Source: Camelus dromedarius
Taxonomy: Eukaryota
Direction: 5' to 3'
DNA length: 64,000 nucleotides
Assembly (NCBI RefSeq): GCF_036321535.1
Contig: NC_087436.1
Location: forward strand, 104,100,001 to 104,164,000
A program made the translations under genes and the position numbers. This document shows positions 61,455 to 64,000 of this stretch, piece after piece. Position 1 is the stretch's first letter; every line of letters starts with the position of its first letter. The notes beneath the pieces were generated by a model, which did no database searches, was not told where the DNA came from, and was given only the letters and a program-made list of their open reading frames with translations.

Positions 61455-63442
61455 TGTATGTTCTATTGCAGGTTCTAGTCAGTGAATGAAGGAAAAAAAA
61501 GAAATAAAAGGCATGTAGATTTGAAAAAAATGAAAAATTGTCTTTATTTATAGATGACATATTATATATGTAGAAAATCCTAGGGCAGCTACAAAATGAG
61601 ATACCAAAAGTAGTAAGTTTAGCAAGATCTCAGAATACAAGTTTAATGTAAAAAGGAACCAATTCTATTTCTATATACTAACAAACAATTAAAAATTGAA
61701 ATTAAAAATACTGTTTACAATAGCATAAAAAGTAAAATAATCAGGAATAATTTAACAAAATATGTGCAAGAATTCTACATGGAGAACTACAAAATACAGC
61801 TGAGTGAAATTAAACAAGACCTAAAGAAACAGAGAGCTATTCCATATTCATGAATTGGTCTGAAATGATATTGAGACCCAATGTCGTTAAGATATCAACT
61901 GTCTCCAAACTTATCTATAGAGTTAATGCTATCTCAAAAATTTCAGCAGCTTTTTTTTTGGGGGGGGGTACAAATGGAAAAGCTGATTCTAAGAGCTATT
62001 TTGAAAAGCAAAGAACTTAGAATAGCTGAAATAGTTCTGACACAGGTGAACAAAATGAGGGGACGTCTTCTACCCGATTTCAAGGTTTACTCTAAAGCTA
62101 CAGAACTCAAGACAGTGTGGTATTGGAATAAGGACAGACATAAATCCATGGAATAGAACAGAGAGTCCAGAAATAAGCCCACAGATACATGATCAATTGA
62201 TTTTATACAGAGGTGCTGACATAAAGGGGAAAGGGTAGATTTTTTAGCTGGAAATGATGTTGGAACGATTGTATATCCATATGCAAAAATGTGACCAATA
62301 ACACTTCAATTTGTACCACACACAAAAATTAACTAAAACAACAACAACAACAACAACAAACATAGGGCGAAAGGTAAGAGCTAAAACTATAAAGTTTCTA
62401 AAAGGAGAGGAAAAAAAATTTGTTTGTAACCTTGAGTTATACAAGAATTTCTTAGATAGGACAGACACACACACACAAAGAACCATTAAAAAAAGGCTAA
62501 ATGATTCAACAAAATAAAAACTTTTGCTCTTTAAAGATAGTTAAGAAAATTAAAAGACGAGCCAGAGGCTGGGAGAAAAATTTTACAAACCAGAAATGTA
62601 TCCAGAATAAATAATTCTTACAACTTCAAGTAATTGATTAAAAAGGGGAAGAAGACTTAGACACTTTACAAAAGAATATGTACAAATGGCAAATAAACAT
62701 AAAAAGATGCTCTACATCATTCATAATTAGGGAAATGCAAATTAAACCACCTTTTGAATGACTAACATGGTAATACCAAATACTAGGATTTGGAGCAACT
62801 GGAACTCTTATTACATTGCTAATGGGAACGTAAAATGGAGAATAACTTCAGAAAAGAGTCTGGAGGTTTCTTAGAAAGTTAAACTTGTGATTACATATGA
62901 CTCAGCAATTCTACCCCTGGGTATTTACCCAAAAGAAATAAAGATATACGTCCACATGAAGGCTTGTACACACGTTTATAGTAGCCATCCATAATACACC
63001 AAAATGTGAGAACAACATGGATGGCCGCTAACAATGATGGATAAACAAATTGCATGAAAGACTACTGAGTAATAAAAAGGAATGGAAAACGAATCGCACA
63101 AAACCATGGCTGAATCTCAGATTATGCTAAGCAAAAGAAATCAGACACAAAAGGGTACATATGTGATTCCATTTACACGAAACTCTAGAATAAAGACCAA
63201 TCAAATGTTTAGGGACACAGCAGATCAATGGCTGTTCGGAGTGAATGTGTATATGGAAGATCAGATGGGAAGAGGCATAAAGAGAATTGTTTCAGGCGAT
63301 GGAAATGTTCAACACCTCGACTGTGGTGGTGGTGACGTGGGTGTCTACATTTGTCAAACTTTATAGAACAGTATAATTAAAACGTACACATTTTATTGTA
63401 TATAAATTATACCTTAATAAAGTTGATTTAAATGAAAAAAAA
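61455..63442 (+). mobile_element. Old L1M, about 2 kb (decayed RT/C-terminal ORF2 plus 3' UTR)
   Basis: LSLFIDDI (degenerate FADD) at 61538; ORF 61881-62156 LPDFKVYSKATELKTVWYWNKDRH; 3' end taccttaataaagttgatt plus A tail; many stops and frameshifts. Confidence 0.92.
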
Positions 63443-63611
63443 TTGAGTGAACTGAAGCATTTACATTTTTTTTCTGTCAAAATATTCTTATTTTTGGACT
63501 TCCACAAATCAACCTAGTGGGTGAAATAACTGGGTGACACTGAACGAGTAAGTTATTACTCCAAACCTAGCAAGTTTCCTCATCAGTAAAATGAGTGAAT
63601 TAGATTAGCTG

Positions 63612-64000
63612 ACTTCATTCATTCATTAAGTGTTTACTAAAGCCCATTAAGGGGCAAGCACTATGCCAGGTTCTAGAGATAGAAAGCTGAAAAGTGAAAC
63701 CATCTTTGCCTGAAGGAATCAGTGCAGTGGAAGAGAGAGACAAGCTAGCACATGGTTATGATACTGCTTAGGTACATTTAGGGATGAGAAGAATTCAGAA
63801 GAGAAGCAGTCTTCCCTGGTCATGCAACACCTGAGTTGGGTTTTGAGGTACAAATAAGAGTTAGGTAAAGAGGGAAGAGAAGGCGTTCTAAGCAGAGGGT
63901 GCTATATGGGCAAAGGGACAAAGGAGAGAGAGACACACAGTGTGTTTCAGGTACTGCAGGTAGCTTAGTAGGTCTGGAACATGGACATTGTCCTTTTGAG
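63612..64000 (-). mobile_element. L2 3' end (runs off the window), preceded by a MIR fragment at about 63530-63610
   Basis: ttcattcattcattaagtgtttactaaagccc...gcaagcactatgccagg. Confidence 0.8.

Overview
This is mammalian non-coding genomic DNA, very probably from a camelid: it carries six copies of a tRNA-derived SINE that I recognise as the camelid Vic-1 type, plus cetartiodactyl-type L1 3' UTRs. I find no supportable protein-coding gene, rRNA, tRNA gene or CRISPR array. The ORF track is explained by decayed L1/L2 remnants, SINEs, microsatellites and chance frames. Much of the window is a layered mosaic of interspersed repeats: L2, MIR, L1, MaLR/ERVL/ERV1 solo LTRs and hAT MITEs (MER5, MER45, MER58A, MER81, MER117). 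Between them lie repeat-free blocks that look regulatory, including a small CpG island at about 44.8-45.8 kb. The most interesting signals are retrotransposition events readable from target-site duplications (TSDs). (1) An L1 3' transduction sits inside a MER5, and its L1 part lacks its own poly(A) signal (52.7-53.2 kb). (2) The 3' domain of the long Vic-1 subtype matches an MLT1A LTR segment. (3) A 650-bp unexplained insert splits a MER81 that is itself inside an L1. (4) A tail-less internal L1 ORF2 fragment is flanked by a 14-bp duplication. I see no evidence of a new gene-encoded biological system. Repeat names come from recalled consensus sequences, not from a database search, so subfamily calls and most boundaries are approximate.
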